A program made the translations under genes and the position numbers. A stretch of 64,000 nucleotides of DNA from the NCBI GenBank assembly GCA_963773095.1, contig CAVYZY010000012.1, positions 123,130 to 187,129 on the forward strand, read 5' to 3'. Positions within the stretch are counted from its first letter, which is position 1; every line of letters starts with the position of its first letter. Positions 24,967 to 38,452 of this stretch are shown here, one piece after another. This stretch comes from an uncultured Gemmatimonadales bacterium. GTDB taxonomy: Bacteria > Gemmatimonadota > Gemmatimonadetes > Gemmatimonadales > GWC2-71-9. The notes under the pieces were generated by a model, which worked only from the letters and a program-made list of their open reading frames with translations, ran no database searches and was not told where the DNA came from.

Positions 24967-25941
24967 ATGAGTCTCACCGACCAGGCGCGCGAGCTCCTCT
25001 CGAAGTTCGAAGTCCTGAAGGATCTCGAGTCCACCGTACGCGAAATGATGGCCGCGCACGAGAGCAAGCGCGTGCTGTGGATGCCGTCCGACCTGCTCGG
25101 GCTCGCCGAGGGTGATTGCAGCGAGACGCACCTGCGCAACCTGCGCACCCGCGCCCAGCGCATTCCGGACGCCGTGCGGGCGGCGCTTGCGGTTAACACG
25201 CTCACCGAAGAGGGCCTGCCGCATTTCCACCGCCTGCTCGCCGTCTATCTCGAGGACGAGAGCTACTGGCGCCTCTGGAACAACCTGTGGACCGCTGAGG
25301 AGGACCGGCACGGCCAGGTCCTGCACGACTACACGCGCGACACCCAGCTCTTCGACCAGCGGAAGTTCGAGGAGATGCAGTTCGAGTACATCCGGGCCGG
25401 CTTCCATCCGTCGTGGGACCGCGACCCCTACCGCGTCTTCGCCTACACCACGGTGCAGGAGCGGGCCACGCAGCACTCGCACGCCGAGACCGGCCGCGTC
25501 GCCGAGGAGTACGAGCCCGGGCTCGCGGCCATCCTCGCCGAAGTGGCGCAGGACGAGGCGCGTCACTTCGTGTTCTACCGCTCGGTCTTCGAGGAGATCC
25601 TTCAGCGCGACCCGAACCAGGCGCTGGAGTCGGCATCGCACATCCTCCCCGGCATCGAGATGCCCGGCGCGTCGATGCCCGGCTTCCGCGATTTCGCCGA
25701 CGTGATCCGCCGGGCCGGCATCTACGGGCCGCGCGACTACCTGCGCATCGTGCAGGAACAGATCCGCTACTGGAAGATCGAGAGCCTGACCGGGCTCAAC
25801 GACATGGGCAGGAAGGCGCAGGAGCGCATCATGCTCATTCCCGATCGCCTGCGGCGGCTCGCCGACCTGGTCGAGACCCGGAGCCGCGCCAAGACATTCA
25901 GCTTCGATGTCGCCTTCAACCGCGAGTTCTCACTGCCGTGA
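24967..25941 (+). CDS. Soluble acyl-ACP desaturase (DesA1/DesA2-like di-iron enzyme)
   Basis: 324 aa. NTLTEEGLPHFH, two di-iron EExxH motifs (TAEEDRHG and QDEARHF), and ERATQ between them. Confidence 0.88.
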   Translation: MSLTDQARELLSKFEVLKDLESTVREMMAAHESKRVLWMPSDLLGLAEGDCSETHLRNLRTRAQRIPDAVRAALAVNTLTEEGLPHFHRLLAVYLEDESYWRLWNNLWTAEEDRHGQVLHDYTRDTQLFDQRKFEEMQFEYIRAGFHPSWDRDPYRVFAYTTVQERATQHSHAETGRVAEEYEPGLAAILAEVAQDEARHFVFYRSVFEEILQRDPNQALESASHILPGIEMPGASMPGFRDFADVIRRAGIYGPRDYLRIVQEQIRYWKIESLTGLNDMGRKAQERIMLIPDRLRRLADLVETRSRAKTFSFDVAFNREFSLP

Positions 25942-26372
25942 GCCCGCGGTGGTTCGCCGGCCTCCTCGTCGTCGCGATGGCGGGAGGCTGCGGAAAGAAG
26001 GAAGAGCCCAAGCCACCCGTCAGCGATGGGGTGCCGGTGGGAGGCGCGCCCTCCGATGCTCAGCAGCTCGGCACCGAGATGTTCGAGCTGATCGACCGGA
26101 TCGCCGACTATCGCTCCTCCCATGAGGGACGGCCCCCGAAGAGCCTGCGCCAGCTCGGTGTCGACAGCCTCACTCCCAACACCATCCGCCGCCTCGCCGT
26201 TCAGGGCCGCACCTTCACCGTGACCGTCGCCTACCGGCGCCCGCAGGGCCGCGCGGTGCAGGACTGCAGTGCTGGCGAGGACGCGCTCGAGCAGGCGGCA
26301 CTCAACGAGGGGCGCTTCGCGGTCTCCTGCGACACGCCGTCCGGGCCGCAGGGGTTCGAGGTCGTCCGTTGA
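25938..26372 (+). CDS. Hypothetical lipoprotein
   Basis: GTG at 25938 overlaps the desaturase stop (GTGA). VSPRWFAGLLVVAMAGGC lipobox. The track ORF 25413-26372 is N-terminally over-extended. Confidence 0.55.
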   Translation: MSPRWFAGLLVVAMAGGCGKKEEPKPPVSDGVPVGGAPSDAQQLGTEMFELIDRIADYRSSHEGRPPKSLRQLGVDSLTPNTIRRLAVQGRTFTVTVAYRRPQGRAVQDCSAGEDALEQAALNEGRFAVSCDTPSGPQGFEVVR

Positions 26373-26947
26373 TCGAGACGCTGTTCGCCTGGCTGCGCGT
26401 CGCCGTCTTCGGTGCCGCCGCCCTGACCGGCGTGGTGGCCTTGACCAACTGGGCCGTGTCGCGCGGCCAGCTGCAGCCGTTCGGCGCGTGGCCTCGCTTC
26501 GTGCGGAGGGCAAGCGATCCCCTGCTCCGTCCCATCGAGCGGCGCCTGCTTGGCGCGGGCGGCAATCCGCAGAGCGCGCCGTGGTGGCTCTTCGCCATCG
26601 TGTTGCTCGGCGGCCTCGCGCTCCTCGAGCTCACGCGCTGGCTGGTCGGCATGATCATCAACCTGGCCTACCTGGGCCAGACAGGGCCGGCGGGCATTCT
26701 CAGGCAGGTCGTCAGCTGGACCTTCCAGCTCCTCACGGCGGCGCTGTTCGTTCGCGTCATCGCTTCCTGGCTCGGCGGTTTCCGCTACGCGCGCTGGCTG
26801 CGGCCGGTCTATGCGCTTACGGACTGGCTTGTGATACCGATCCAGAAGCACATGCCGCCATTCGGGATGCTCGACCTGAGCCCGCTCGTGGCGTACCTGA
26901 TCCTCATGGTCCTGCGGTGGGCCGCATTCCAGGTGCTTCCGTACTGA
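26369..26947 (+). CDS. YggT family membrane protein
   Basis: 192 aa. Two YggT-like halves (SDPLLRPIERRL... and LTDWLVIPIQKHMPPFGMLDLSPLVAYLIL). Confidence 0.8.
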   Translation: MIETLFAWLRVAVFGAAALTGVVALTNWAVSRGQLQPFGAWPRFVRRASDPLLRPIERRLLGAGGNPQSAPWWLFAIVLLGGLALLELTRWLVGMIINLAYLGQTGPAGILRQVVSWTFQLLTAALFVRVIASWLGGFRYARWLRPVYALTDWLVIPIQKHMPPFGMLDLSPLVAYLILMVLRWAAFQVLPY

Positions 26948-27237
26948 CACCCTTCCGGGCAAACGCGACCGGCACGAGCATCGCCGTCCGGGTGCAGCCG
27001 CGCGCGTCCCGCAACGAAGTCGCCGGACTCCATGGTTCGGAACTGCGCATCCGGCTCACCGCCCCACCGGTCGATGGCGCCGCGAACGACGGGCTGATCC
27101 AGTTCCTCGCGGACAAGCTCGGCGTGGGTCGGTCGGACCTCACCCTGGTGTCGGGGGCGGGCAACAGGAGCAAGGTGGTGTCGGCCCGGGGCATCACCCC
27201 CGAGCAGGCGGCGCACCGCCTTGGCGTTGGGGGGTAA
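26917..27237 (+). CDS. DUF167/YggU family protein
   Basis: IAVRVQPRASRNEVAGLHGSELRIRLTAPPVDGAANDGLIQFLADKLGV...LVSGAGNRSKVV is a classic YggU sequence. The start is uncertain; GTG at 26917 is the nearest canonical codon. Confidence 0.75.
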   Translation: MGRIPGASVLTPFRANATGTSIAVRVQPRASRNEVAGLHGSELRIRLTAPPVDGAANDGLIQFLADKLGVGRSDLTLVSGAGNRSKVVSARGITPEQAAHRLGVGG

Positions 27238-27396
27238 CACTTTACAGGACGCTTCGAAGGCTCAATACTTGCTGGCAGAAGTACCAACTGATGTCCGTGG
27301 CAATTTGTGCCTATTGCGGCCACGTAAAACAAACGCTAAAACGGCACCCCCCGGGGGCCGTTCAGGCTCACGGGATTTTTCATTGACGGGGTCCGC

Positions 27397-28256
27397 ATGA
27401 CGCTGCAGGTGTCGTTCGAGTTCTTTCCGCCCAGGACTCCGGAAATGGAGGAGACCCTCTGGCGCGCGATCAAGCGACTCGAGCCACTGGCCCCTCGCTT
27501 CGTATCCGTTACCTACGGCGCCGGCGGGAGCACGCGCGAGCGCACCCACCGCACGGTCAAGCGGATCCTCGCGGAAACGGCGCTGCTGCCAGCCGCGCAC
27601 CTCACCTGCGTCGCGGCCACGCGCGCCGAGGTGGATGAGGTCGCGCGCGACTACTGGGACGCGGGGGTACGGCAGATCGTGGCCCTCAGGGGTGACCCGC
27701 CCCAGGGGGCTGGTCGGCACGTGGCGCATCCCGATGGCTATGCCTACGCGGCGGACCTGGTGAGCGGGCTCAAGCGCATCGCCGACTTCGAGGTGACGGT
27801 GGCAGCCTTCCCGGAGGGGCATCCCGAATCGACCTCGGTGTACGCCGACCTCGACAACCTCAAGCGGAAGATCGACGCGGGCGCATCGCGCGCCATCACC
27901 CAGTTCTTTTTCGAAAACGACATCTACTTCCGCTACCTGGAGCGATGTCACAAGGCGGGGATCAACTGCGAGATCGTGCCCGGCATCATGCCCGTCACGA
28001 ACTTCAGGCAGATGACCGGGTTCGCCGCCACAGCGGGCGCGAGCGTGCCGCGCTGGATGGCAACCCGGTTCGAGGGACTGGACGACGACCCGGAGACCCG
28101 GAAACTCATCGCCGCCACCGTGGTGGCGGAACAGGTGCAGGGCCTGGCCGCGCAGGGTGTGCGCGAGTTCCATTTCTATACCCTCAACCGCGCCGACCTC
28201 ACCTTCGCCATCTGCCACCTGCTCGGGTTCCGGGCCCAGCCCGCGGCGGCACAGGC

Positions 28257-28260
<4 letters not shown>
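27397..28260 (+). CDS. metF: Methylenetetrahydrofolate reductase
   Basis: 287 aa. SFEFFPPRT...[23 protein letters not shown]...HLTC matches MetF. Confidence 0.92.
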
Positions 28261-32045
<3,785 letters not shown>

Positions 32046-32117
32046 AGCGAATACCGGCTCACGCTAGCTTAGTCGTCAGAAGACTGGTCACCGACCCGGA
32101 TTCCGAGGACTAACCGC

Positions 32118-33281
32118 ATGCAGGACATCACCACCGCCCAGCTCCCTCTCTCCATCCTCTCGGAGGAAGAGACGATGTTCCGCGACGCCGTGCGCGAGTT
32201 CGCGGAAACCGAGATCAAGCCCTTCGTGTCCGAGATGGACGAGGCCGCGAAGTTCCGTCCCGACATCATTGCGAAGTTCTTCGGCATGGGACTGATGGGC
32301 ATCGAGGTGCCGGAGATCTACGGAGGCGCTGGCGGCAGCATCTTCCTCGCCACCCTCGCCATCGAGGAGCTTGCCCGGGTGGACGCCTCGGCCGCGATCT
32401 ACGTGGACGTGCACAACACCCTGGTCAATAACGCGCTGCTGCGCTGGGGCAGCGACGAGCAGCACGCGCGCTACTTCCCCCGCATGAACTCCGACCTGCT
32501 CGGCGCATTCGCGCTCTCGGAACCCGCAAGCGGCAGCGATGCCTTCGCCCTCGAGTGCAAGGCCGAGAAGGTGGCCGGCGGCTGGTCACTCACCGGGCGC
32601 AAGTTCTGGATCACCAACGGCGCCGAAGCCGGCATCTTCATCGTCTTCGCCAACACTGATTTCTCCAAGGGCTACAAGGGGATCACGGCGTTCCTGGTGG
32701 AGCGCGGCTTCGCCGGCTTCGACGTGGGCAAGAAGGAGAACAAGCTCGGTATCCGCGCCTCGAGCACCACGGAACTCATCCTCGAGGGCTGTGTGGTTCC
32801 CGATGCCAACGTGCTGGGCCCGGTGGGACAGGGCTACAGGATCGCCATCGAGACGCTGAACGAGGGACGGATCGGCATCGGAGCGCAGATGCTCGGCGTC
32901 GCGACTGGCGCGCTCGAGGCCGCCACGAAGTACGTGAAGGAGCGGAAGCAGTTCGGGAAGGCGATCGCGGAATTCCAGGCGGTGCAGTTCCAGCTGGCAC
33001 AGATGGTCACCGACCTCGAGGCCGCCCGCCTCATGGTCTACAACAGCGCGCGCCTCAAGGACGCGGGGAAGCCCTTCTCCACCGAGGCGGCGATGGCCAA
33101 GCTGTTCAGTTCTCAGACCGCCGACCGCATCACCTCGCAGTGCGTGGAGCTCTTCGGCGGCTACGGATACTCCAAGGAGTACCCGGCGGAGAAGTTCTAT
33201 CGCGACGCCAAGATCGGCACCATCTACGAGGGAAGCAGCAACATGCAGCTGCAGACCATCGCCAAGGTGCTCCTCAAGTAG
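32118..33281 (+). CDS. Acyl-CoA dehydrogenase (short/branched-chain type)
   Basis: 387 aa. LSEPASGSDAFALECKA, WITNG, and C-terminal YRDAKIGTIYEGSSNMQLQTIAK. Confidence 0.9.
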   Translation: MQDITTAQLPLSILSEEETMFRDAVREFAETEIKPFVSEMDEAAKFRPDIIAKFFGMGLMGIEVPEIYGGAGGSIFLATLAIEELARVDASAAIYVDVHNTLVNNALLRWGSDEQHARYFPRMNSDLLGAFALSEPASGSDAFALECKAEKVAGGWSLTGRKFWITNGAEAGIFIVFANTDFSKGYKGITAFLVERGFAGFDVGKKENKLGIRASSTTELILEGCVVPDANVLGPVGQGYRIAIETLNEGRIGIGAQMLGVATGALEAATKYVKERKQFGKAIAEFQAVQFQLAQMVTDLEAARLMVYNSARLKDAGKPFSTEAAMAKLFSSQTADRITSQCVELFGGYGYSKEYPAEKFYRDAKIGTIYEGSSNMQLQTIAKVLLK

Positions 33282-34787
33282 ATGAAGCGAATCTGCGGCC
33301 TGCTGTTCCTGCTCGGCCTCTGCCGTACACAACCGCTGCGGGCCCAGACGAGCGGGTCCTGGGTCGAGGAGCAGGTCGCGGCCTGGTACCCGATGGCGCT
33401 CAAGCTGGCCCGGGGCCGCTGGGGCGTGGCGGTCGCGGACCAGCAGGGCAAGATCCTCTGGTCGGTCAACCTCGACGTCCCGTTCGTTCCCGCCTCCACC
33501 GTCAAGCTGCTCACCACCGGCTTCGCGCGATCGCTCGTGGGTGGCGATGCGCGCCGCGACACCCGCGTCATCGGGGTGGGGCAGCTCTCCGACGCCGGTG
33601 ACTGGAAGGGACGCTGGTGGCTCGAGCTGAACGGCGACGTGACGCTCGAGCGGCTGCCGGGCACCGGCCCGATGTTTCGCGACCTCGCAGCACAACTCCG
33701 CGTTGCCGGCATCCGGAAGTTGCGCGGCCCGCTCGAACTCTCGAGCCAGGCCGGCGCCGCCGACGCGGTCTATCCCTCTGTCTGGTCATCCAAGCATCGC
33801 GGCCGCAGCTTTGCCCCGCTGGTGGGGCCATTGATGTTCCACGAGAACATCGTGCTCGTGGGCATCAACCCCGGGTCCAGGGCCGGGTCGCGCGCCGTGC
33901 TGGTCAGCGCGTCGCCACGCGGCTTGGCGTCGATGGTCACGGTGCGCGCGATGACCCGGAGCGGCCGCCGCACGCGGTTGTCGCTGAGCCAGGGACGCGA
34001 TGGCCGACTGGTGGTCAACGGCACCATCGGTACCCGCTCGCGGCAGCGCACTCTGCTCGCCACGATGGTCAACCCGAAGCAGGTGCTCGATGCGGTGTGG
34101 GAACAGGCCCTCAGGGATGAGGGCATCGAGTGGGACCGGAGCGGCACCAACGGCGCCATGACCAGCGACGCGTCGCGCGTGCTGGCGGAGGTGCAGTCGG
34201 CGGTATTCGACAGTGTGGCAAGCGAAGTGAACCGGCGCAGCCTCAACGCCGGCGCGGAACTGCTGCTGCAGTGGGCAGCCGGACGGGGCGACAGCGCCTC
34301 GGCCCGCCTGACGACACACGTCGCCTCCATCACGGGGATGCCCGAGGCGGTGCACCTGGTGGACGGCAGCGGGTTGTCCTTCGAGAACCGCATGACGCCG
34401 CACGCCTTCATCAACTACCTCGCGCGTTACCCGCTCACGCCCGCGGGACGCCCGCTGCCCATGTTGCTGCCGGCCAATGGCTCGGGCACCCTGCACAAGC
34501 TGTCATCGGGCCTGCCGGGAACGGGCGTGGTGCGCGCCAAGACCGGCACGCTCGCGCAGGTGTCCAACGTGGTCGGCTATCTCGGCCGGCCGAACGGCGT
34601 GCTGCTGGTGGCCCTCATGTATGAGGGTCCCCGGCCGGCCGCGGCCCGGCAGGCGGAATGGCGCCTGTTCCGCATCCTCGGTGCCGACGGGGTGCTCATC
34701 CCCGAGGACAGCTTCCTCGACGACGCACACCTGGGCGGTGACAGCGATAGCCTGGGTGCGGTCGCGGAGGACACGACGGGGCCCTGA
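33282..34787 (+). CDS. dacB: D-alanyl-D-alanine carboxypeptidase/endopeptidase (PBP4, S13 family)
   Basis: 501 aa. Signal peptide, SxxK motif PASTVKLLT, DGSGLS, and KTGTL (KTG box). Confidence 0.85.
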   Translation: MKRICGLLFLLGLCRTQPLRAQTSGSWVEEQVAAWYPMALKLARGRWGVAVADQQGKILWSVNLDVPFVPASTVKLLTTGFARSLVGGDARRDTRVIGVGQLSDAGDWKGRWWLELNGDVTLERLPGTGPMFRDLAAQLRVAGIRKLRGPLELSSQAGAADAVYPSVWSSKHRGRSFAPLVGPLMFHENIVLVGINPGSRAGSRAVLVSASPRGLASMVTVRAMTRSGRRTRLSLSQGRDGRLVVNGTIGTRSRQRTLLATMVNPKQVLDAVWEQALRDEGIEWDRSGTNGAMTSDASRVLAEVQSAVFDSVASEVNRRSLNAGAELLLQWAAGRGDSASARLTTHVASITGMPEAVHLVDGSGLSFENRMTPHAFINYLARYPLTPAGRPLPMLLPANGSGTLHKLSSGLPGTGVVRAKTGTLAQVSNVVGYLGRPNGVLLVALMYEGPRPAAARQAEWRLFRILGADGVLIPEDSFLDDAHLGGDSDSLGAVAEDTTGP

Positions 34788-34789
34788 GT

Positions 34790-35311
34790 TCAGTCGCTGT
34801 CGCCGCGCCGCTCGCCGGTGCCTGCCGAATCGAGCATGACCGACTTGGATACATCCGGCGGCGCCCAGAGCGGTCCCGCCGCTTCCGGATGGCGAATCTC
34901 GCCGCCCAGCCACGCCGTCCGCGCGATCACGGACGTCGAGAGGATCAGCCCCGCCATGGCGGCCACGCCCGCCCAGCGCGGGACTTCCCGGTCCTTCCGG
35001 CTGGCCCAGAGACCCAGCGCCGCGATCGCGCCCGTCCCAAGGAGGGCCCAGAGCGCCCAGTCCGCCGATTCCTCGTGCTCCTCCACCAGGTCGTGATCGA
35101 AGCCCCGCACATCCTCCAGCTGTTCGCTCGCCTCGTCGCCGGAGAGGAACGCCGGGTAGACCGACAGGCCCGCCAGCAGCGTGACGAAGAGGCTGAGGCG
35201 GATGAAGTCACGCCGTCGTGACACCAGGGACCAGCTCAGGAGCAGCAGGGCCACGATGGCCCCGACCACTGGCACGTGGTTGAGCATCAAGTGCAGGTGC
35301 GGATAGTTCAT
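34790..35311 (-). CDS. Small polytopic membrane protein (DUF2231-like, uncertain), terminal gene of the czc operon
   Basis: 173 aa, 4 predicted TM segments. N-terminus MNYPHLHLMLNHVPVVG, with an acidic loop EEHEESADW. Confidence 0.55.
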   Translation of the reverse strand: MNYPHLHLMLNHVPVVGAIVALLLLSWSLVSRRRDFIRLSLFVTLLAGLSVYPAFLSGDEASEQLEDVRGFDHDLVEEHEESADWALWALLGTGAIAALGLWASRKDREVPRWAGVAAMAGLILSTSVIARTAWLGGEIRHPEAAGPLWAPPDVSKSVMLDSAGTGERRGDSD

Positions 35312-35340
35312 GTCGGACTCCCCCCAACGCAGGTGAAACC

Positions 35341-38300
35341 TCAGCCACCGCTTGCCGCAGGCTCGAGAGCCGGCGCGCGGCGGCGGAGCAGGCGGAATGC
35401 CTCGAAGTACCTCTCGACCGTAACGTACAGCACGGGCAGCACCAGCAGCGTCAGCAGCGTGGAGGTCAGCAGTCCGCCAATCACCACCGTGGCCAGGGGG
35501 CGCTGGATCTCGGAACCCGGGGAGCGCGAGATTGCCATCGGCACGAAGCCGAAGCCGGCGACGAGTGCCGTCATGAGCACCGGGCGGATGCGGCTCGCGG
35601 CTCCGTCAAGCGTCGCGGCGCCCAGGTCGGCGCCGTGGGCACGGAGGTCGTTGATGGAACTCACCATCACCACGCCGTTCAGCACCGCGATGCCGAAGAG
35701 CGCGATGAACCCGATCGAGGCGGAGAGGCTCAGGTTGAGGCCGGTGATCCAGAGCGCTGCCACACCGCCGACGAGCGCGAAGGGAACGTTGGCAAGCACG
35801 AGTGCCGCCTGCCGCACACGCTGGAAGGCGGCGAACAGCAGCAGGTAGATCGCCAGGATGGCGAGCGGGACCAGGATCGCCAGTCGCTGGAGCGCCGTGC
35901 GCTGGTGCGTATACTGGCCGCCCCATTCATACCGGTATCCGGACGGCAGTGGCACTTCGCTGCCCAGGCGGGACATTGCGTCCTCGACAAAACCCACCAC
36001 GTCGCGGCCGCGGATGTTCGCGCCCACGACGACCAGCCGCTGTCCGCCCTCGTGCGCGTAGGCCTCCGGCGACTCCGCGAGTTCGACACTCGCCAGGGTG
36101 CCGAGCGGCACGACCGCCCCCCCAGCTACCGGCACCGGCAACTGCCGGAACAGTGCCGGATCGATGCTCGTCGCATCAGGCATGCGCACGGCCACGCCGA
36201 TACGGCGCGGGCCATCCACGACCGCCGTGGCGGTCGACGCCCCGAGTGCCCTTTCCACCTCCGCACCCACGGTGCCGCTGCCGACCCCATACCGGGCCAT
36301 CATCTCGCGATCGAGGGTGATGCGCACCTGCTTGATCCGCGCCGCCGCGGTTGCACGCACTTCGGCGGCTCCGGGCACGGTGGCCAGCACGCGCTCCACC
36401 CGGGCCGCCAGCAGTGCCAGCGTATCCGGATTGGAGCCGATCACCTTCACGCCCACGTCGGTGGTGATGCCGGTCTCGGCCTCGTCGAGGCGCATCTGGA
36501 TCGGCTGGGTGAACGCGAAGGTCAGCCCGGGAATCTGGCTGAGCACGCTGTCCATGGCGCGGAGGAGCGCGTCCTTGCCGCCAGGGCGCCACTCGCTCCG
36601 GTCGCGGAGGCCGACATAGGTATCCGATTCATACGTGCCCATGGCCTCGGTGGCGAGGTCGGGACGGCCCAGCTTGCTCACGGCACTCCTCACCTCGGGC
36701 AGCGTGAGCAGTGCCCGCTCGATGGCCACGGAGTAGTCCGTGCCCTGTTCCAGCGCCGTCGAGGGCAGGCGACGCGACTGCACCAGCACGCTGCCCTCAT
36801 CGAGACGCGGCATGAACTCGCGCCCGAGGCGGGTACCGCCGACGATCGCCGCAAGGAACAGCACGGCCAGGGTGCCGATGATGAGCCCGGGATGACGGAG
36901 CGTGCGCGCGAGGAAGACGCGGTAGAACTCGCGAAACCGCTCGAATCGGGGCGAGTGCGGCTCCTTCGCATCCTGCAGGAACACGCGGGCCAGGGCGGGC
37001 ACCAGTGTCAGCGCGATGAGCAGCGAACCCAGGATGGCCGCCACCACGGTGAACGCCATCGGGACGAACATCTTCCGCTCGGTGCCCTCGAGCGCGAAGA
37101 TCGGCAGGTACACGGCAATGATGATGGCAATGCCGAAGACGACCGGACGCCCGACTTCCACCGTGGCCTTCCGGATGCGCTCGCCCGGCCCACCGGACTC
37201 GCCCGAGCGTCGCATGATGTTCTCGATGATGACCACCGAGCCGTCGACCAGGAGTCCGAAGTCGAGCGCGCCCAGGCTCATCAGGTTCGCCGAGAAGCCG
37301 AACCAGCGCATCATCACGAACGCCCACAGCATCGAGAACGGGATGACGACGGCCACGATGAGACTCGCCGCGATGTTGCGGAGGAAGACCCACAGGAGCA
37401 CGACGACGAGCGAGCCGCCCAGCAGCAGGTTCTTCTGGATGGTGTGGGTGGTGCGACCGACCAGTTCGGTCTGGTCGTAGAACGGCACCAGCTGCACCCC
37501 CGGCGGGAGCGTCGGCACCAGGACCGCCACGCGCGCCTTGATGCGCGCGATCACGTCCTGGGCGTTCGCCCCCTTCCGCATGATGACCATGCCGCTCACT
37601 ACTTCGCCGCGGGCGTTGTAGGTGACGGCGCCCTGCCGTGGCATCGATCCGCGCCGCACCGTGCCGAGGTCGCCGAGCCGGATGGGGACGCCGTCGCGCG
37701 TCGCCACCGTCACGCGGCCGATATCGTCGAGTCCGGTGAGCCGGCCGACGCCGTGCACGATGAAGCGTTCGTCGCGGCTCTCGGTGTACGTCCCGCCGAA
37801 GTTGCTGTTGTCGCCCGCGAGCGCGCGCTCCGCGTCGCCGAGCGTGAGCGACGCCTGCGACAGCCGCCGGGGATCGAGCTCCACCTGGAACTGCTCGATG
37901 CGGCCACCCCAGCTGTTGACCTCCACCACGCCATCGACGGTGCGCAGCGCCGGCGCGAGGGTGTAATCCTGGAGCGTCTTCAGCGACATGAGGTCCCATT
38001 CGGGCGACGTCGACGTGAGCACGTACTGGTAGACCTCGCCCATCGCCGTCGAGATCGGGCCCAGCACCGGCGTCACCCCGGGCGGGAGCTGCCGCCCGAC
38101 GTCGCCCAGCCGCTGTGACACCAGTTGCCGCGCGAAGTAGGGATCCACCCGGTCGCGGAACACCACCTGCGTGATGACGAGGCCGAACTTCGTGGTGGAG
38201 CGCACCGCCTGCGCATCGGGCAGTCCGAGCAGTGCCCGCTCGATCGGGAATGTGACGAGCTGTTCCACCTCCTGGCCGGCGAGGCCCGGCGCCTCGGTGA

Positions 38301-38448
38301 TGACGCTCACGCTGTTCGCGGTGATGTCGGGAAACGCCTCGAAGGGAATGGTGCTGAGCGCCCACAGGCCGAGCCCGAGAAGCGTTGCGGCGGCGCCAAA
38401 GACGAAGACCCGCTTGCGGATCGCGAAGGTGACGAGCTGCCGGATCAT
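35341..38448 (-). CDS. czcA: CzcA/CusA-family heavy-metal efflux RND pump
   Basis: Start moved to MIRQLVTFAIRKR (ATG at 38448, 4 nt after the czcB stop). FEAFPDITANSVSVITEAPGLAGQEVEQLVTFPIE matches the HME-RND signature. Confidence 0.92.
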   Translation of the reverse strand: MIRQLVTFAIRKRVFVFGAAATLLGLGLWALSTIPFEAFPDITANSVSVITEAPGLAGQEVEQLVTFPIERALLGLPDAQAVRSTTKFGLVITQVVFRDRVDPYFARQLVSQRLGDVGRQLPPGVTPVLGPISTAMGEVYQYVLTSTSPEWDLMSLKTLQDYTLAPALRTVDGVVEVNSWGGRIEQFQVELDPRRLSQASLTLGDAERALAGDNSNFGGTYTESRDERFIVHGVGRLTGLDDIGRVTVATRDGVPIRLGDLGTVRRGSMPRQGAVTYNARGEVVSGMVIMRKGANAQDVIARIKARVAVLVPTLPPGVQLVPFYDQTELVGRTTHTIQKNLLLGGSLVVVLLWVFLRNIAASLIVAVVIPFSMLWAFVMMRWFGFSANLMSLGALDFGLLVDGSVVIIENIMRRSGESGGPGERIRKATVEVGRPVVFGIAIIIAVYLPIFALEGTERKMFVPMAFTVVAAILGSLLIALTLVPALARVFLQDAKEPHSPRFERFREFYRVFLARTLRHPGLIIGTLAVLFLAAIVGGTRLGREFMPRLDEGSVLVQSRRLPSTALEQGTDYSVAIERALLTLPEVRSAVSKLGRPDLATEAMGTYESDTYVGLRDRSEWRPGGKDALLRAMDSVLSQIPGLTFAFTQPIQMRLDEAETGITTDVGVKVIGSNPDTLALLAARVERVLATVPGAAEVRATAAARIKQVRITLDREMMARYGVGSGTVGAEVERALGASTATAVVDGPRRIGVAVRMPDATSIDPALFRQLPVPVAGGAVVPLGTLASVELAESPEAYAHEGGQRLVVVGANIRGRDVVGFVEDAMSRLGSEVPLPSGYRYEWGGQYTHQRTALQRLAILVPLAILAIYLLLFAAFQRVRQAALVLANVPFALVGGVAALWITGLNLSLSASIGFIALFGIAVLNGVVMVSSINDLRAHGADLGAATLDGAASRIRPVLMTALVAGFGFVPMAISRSPGSEIQRPLATVVIGGLLTSTLLTLLVLPVLYVTVERYFEAFRLLRRRAPALEPAASGG

Positions 38449-38452
38449 CCGA

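Noticed and set aside
27238-27396. Cobalamin or SAM-II riboswitch call for the metF-metH leader
   Set aside because: I could not find a B12 box or a convincing SAM-II pseudoknot. The leader is also shorter than a cobalamin riboswitch. I kept it only as an unclassified leader finding.
35934-35950. TGGCACttcgcTGCC sigma-54-like motif
   Set aside because: It lies inside czcA on the non-coding-relevant strand, and the GC element is off by one position. Other intragenic TGGCAC hits (5851, 9045, 28483, 30527, 43727, 54477 and others) lack the TTGC element.
35635-38118. 827-aa plus-strand ORF (plus 39044-40819 and 39571-40671 on the plus strand)
   Set aside because: These are antisense to czcA/czcB/czcC. 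Their translations are Arg/His/Asp/Gly-rich and motif-free.
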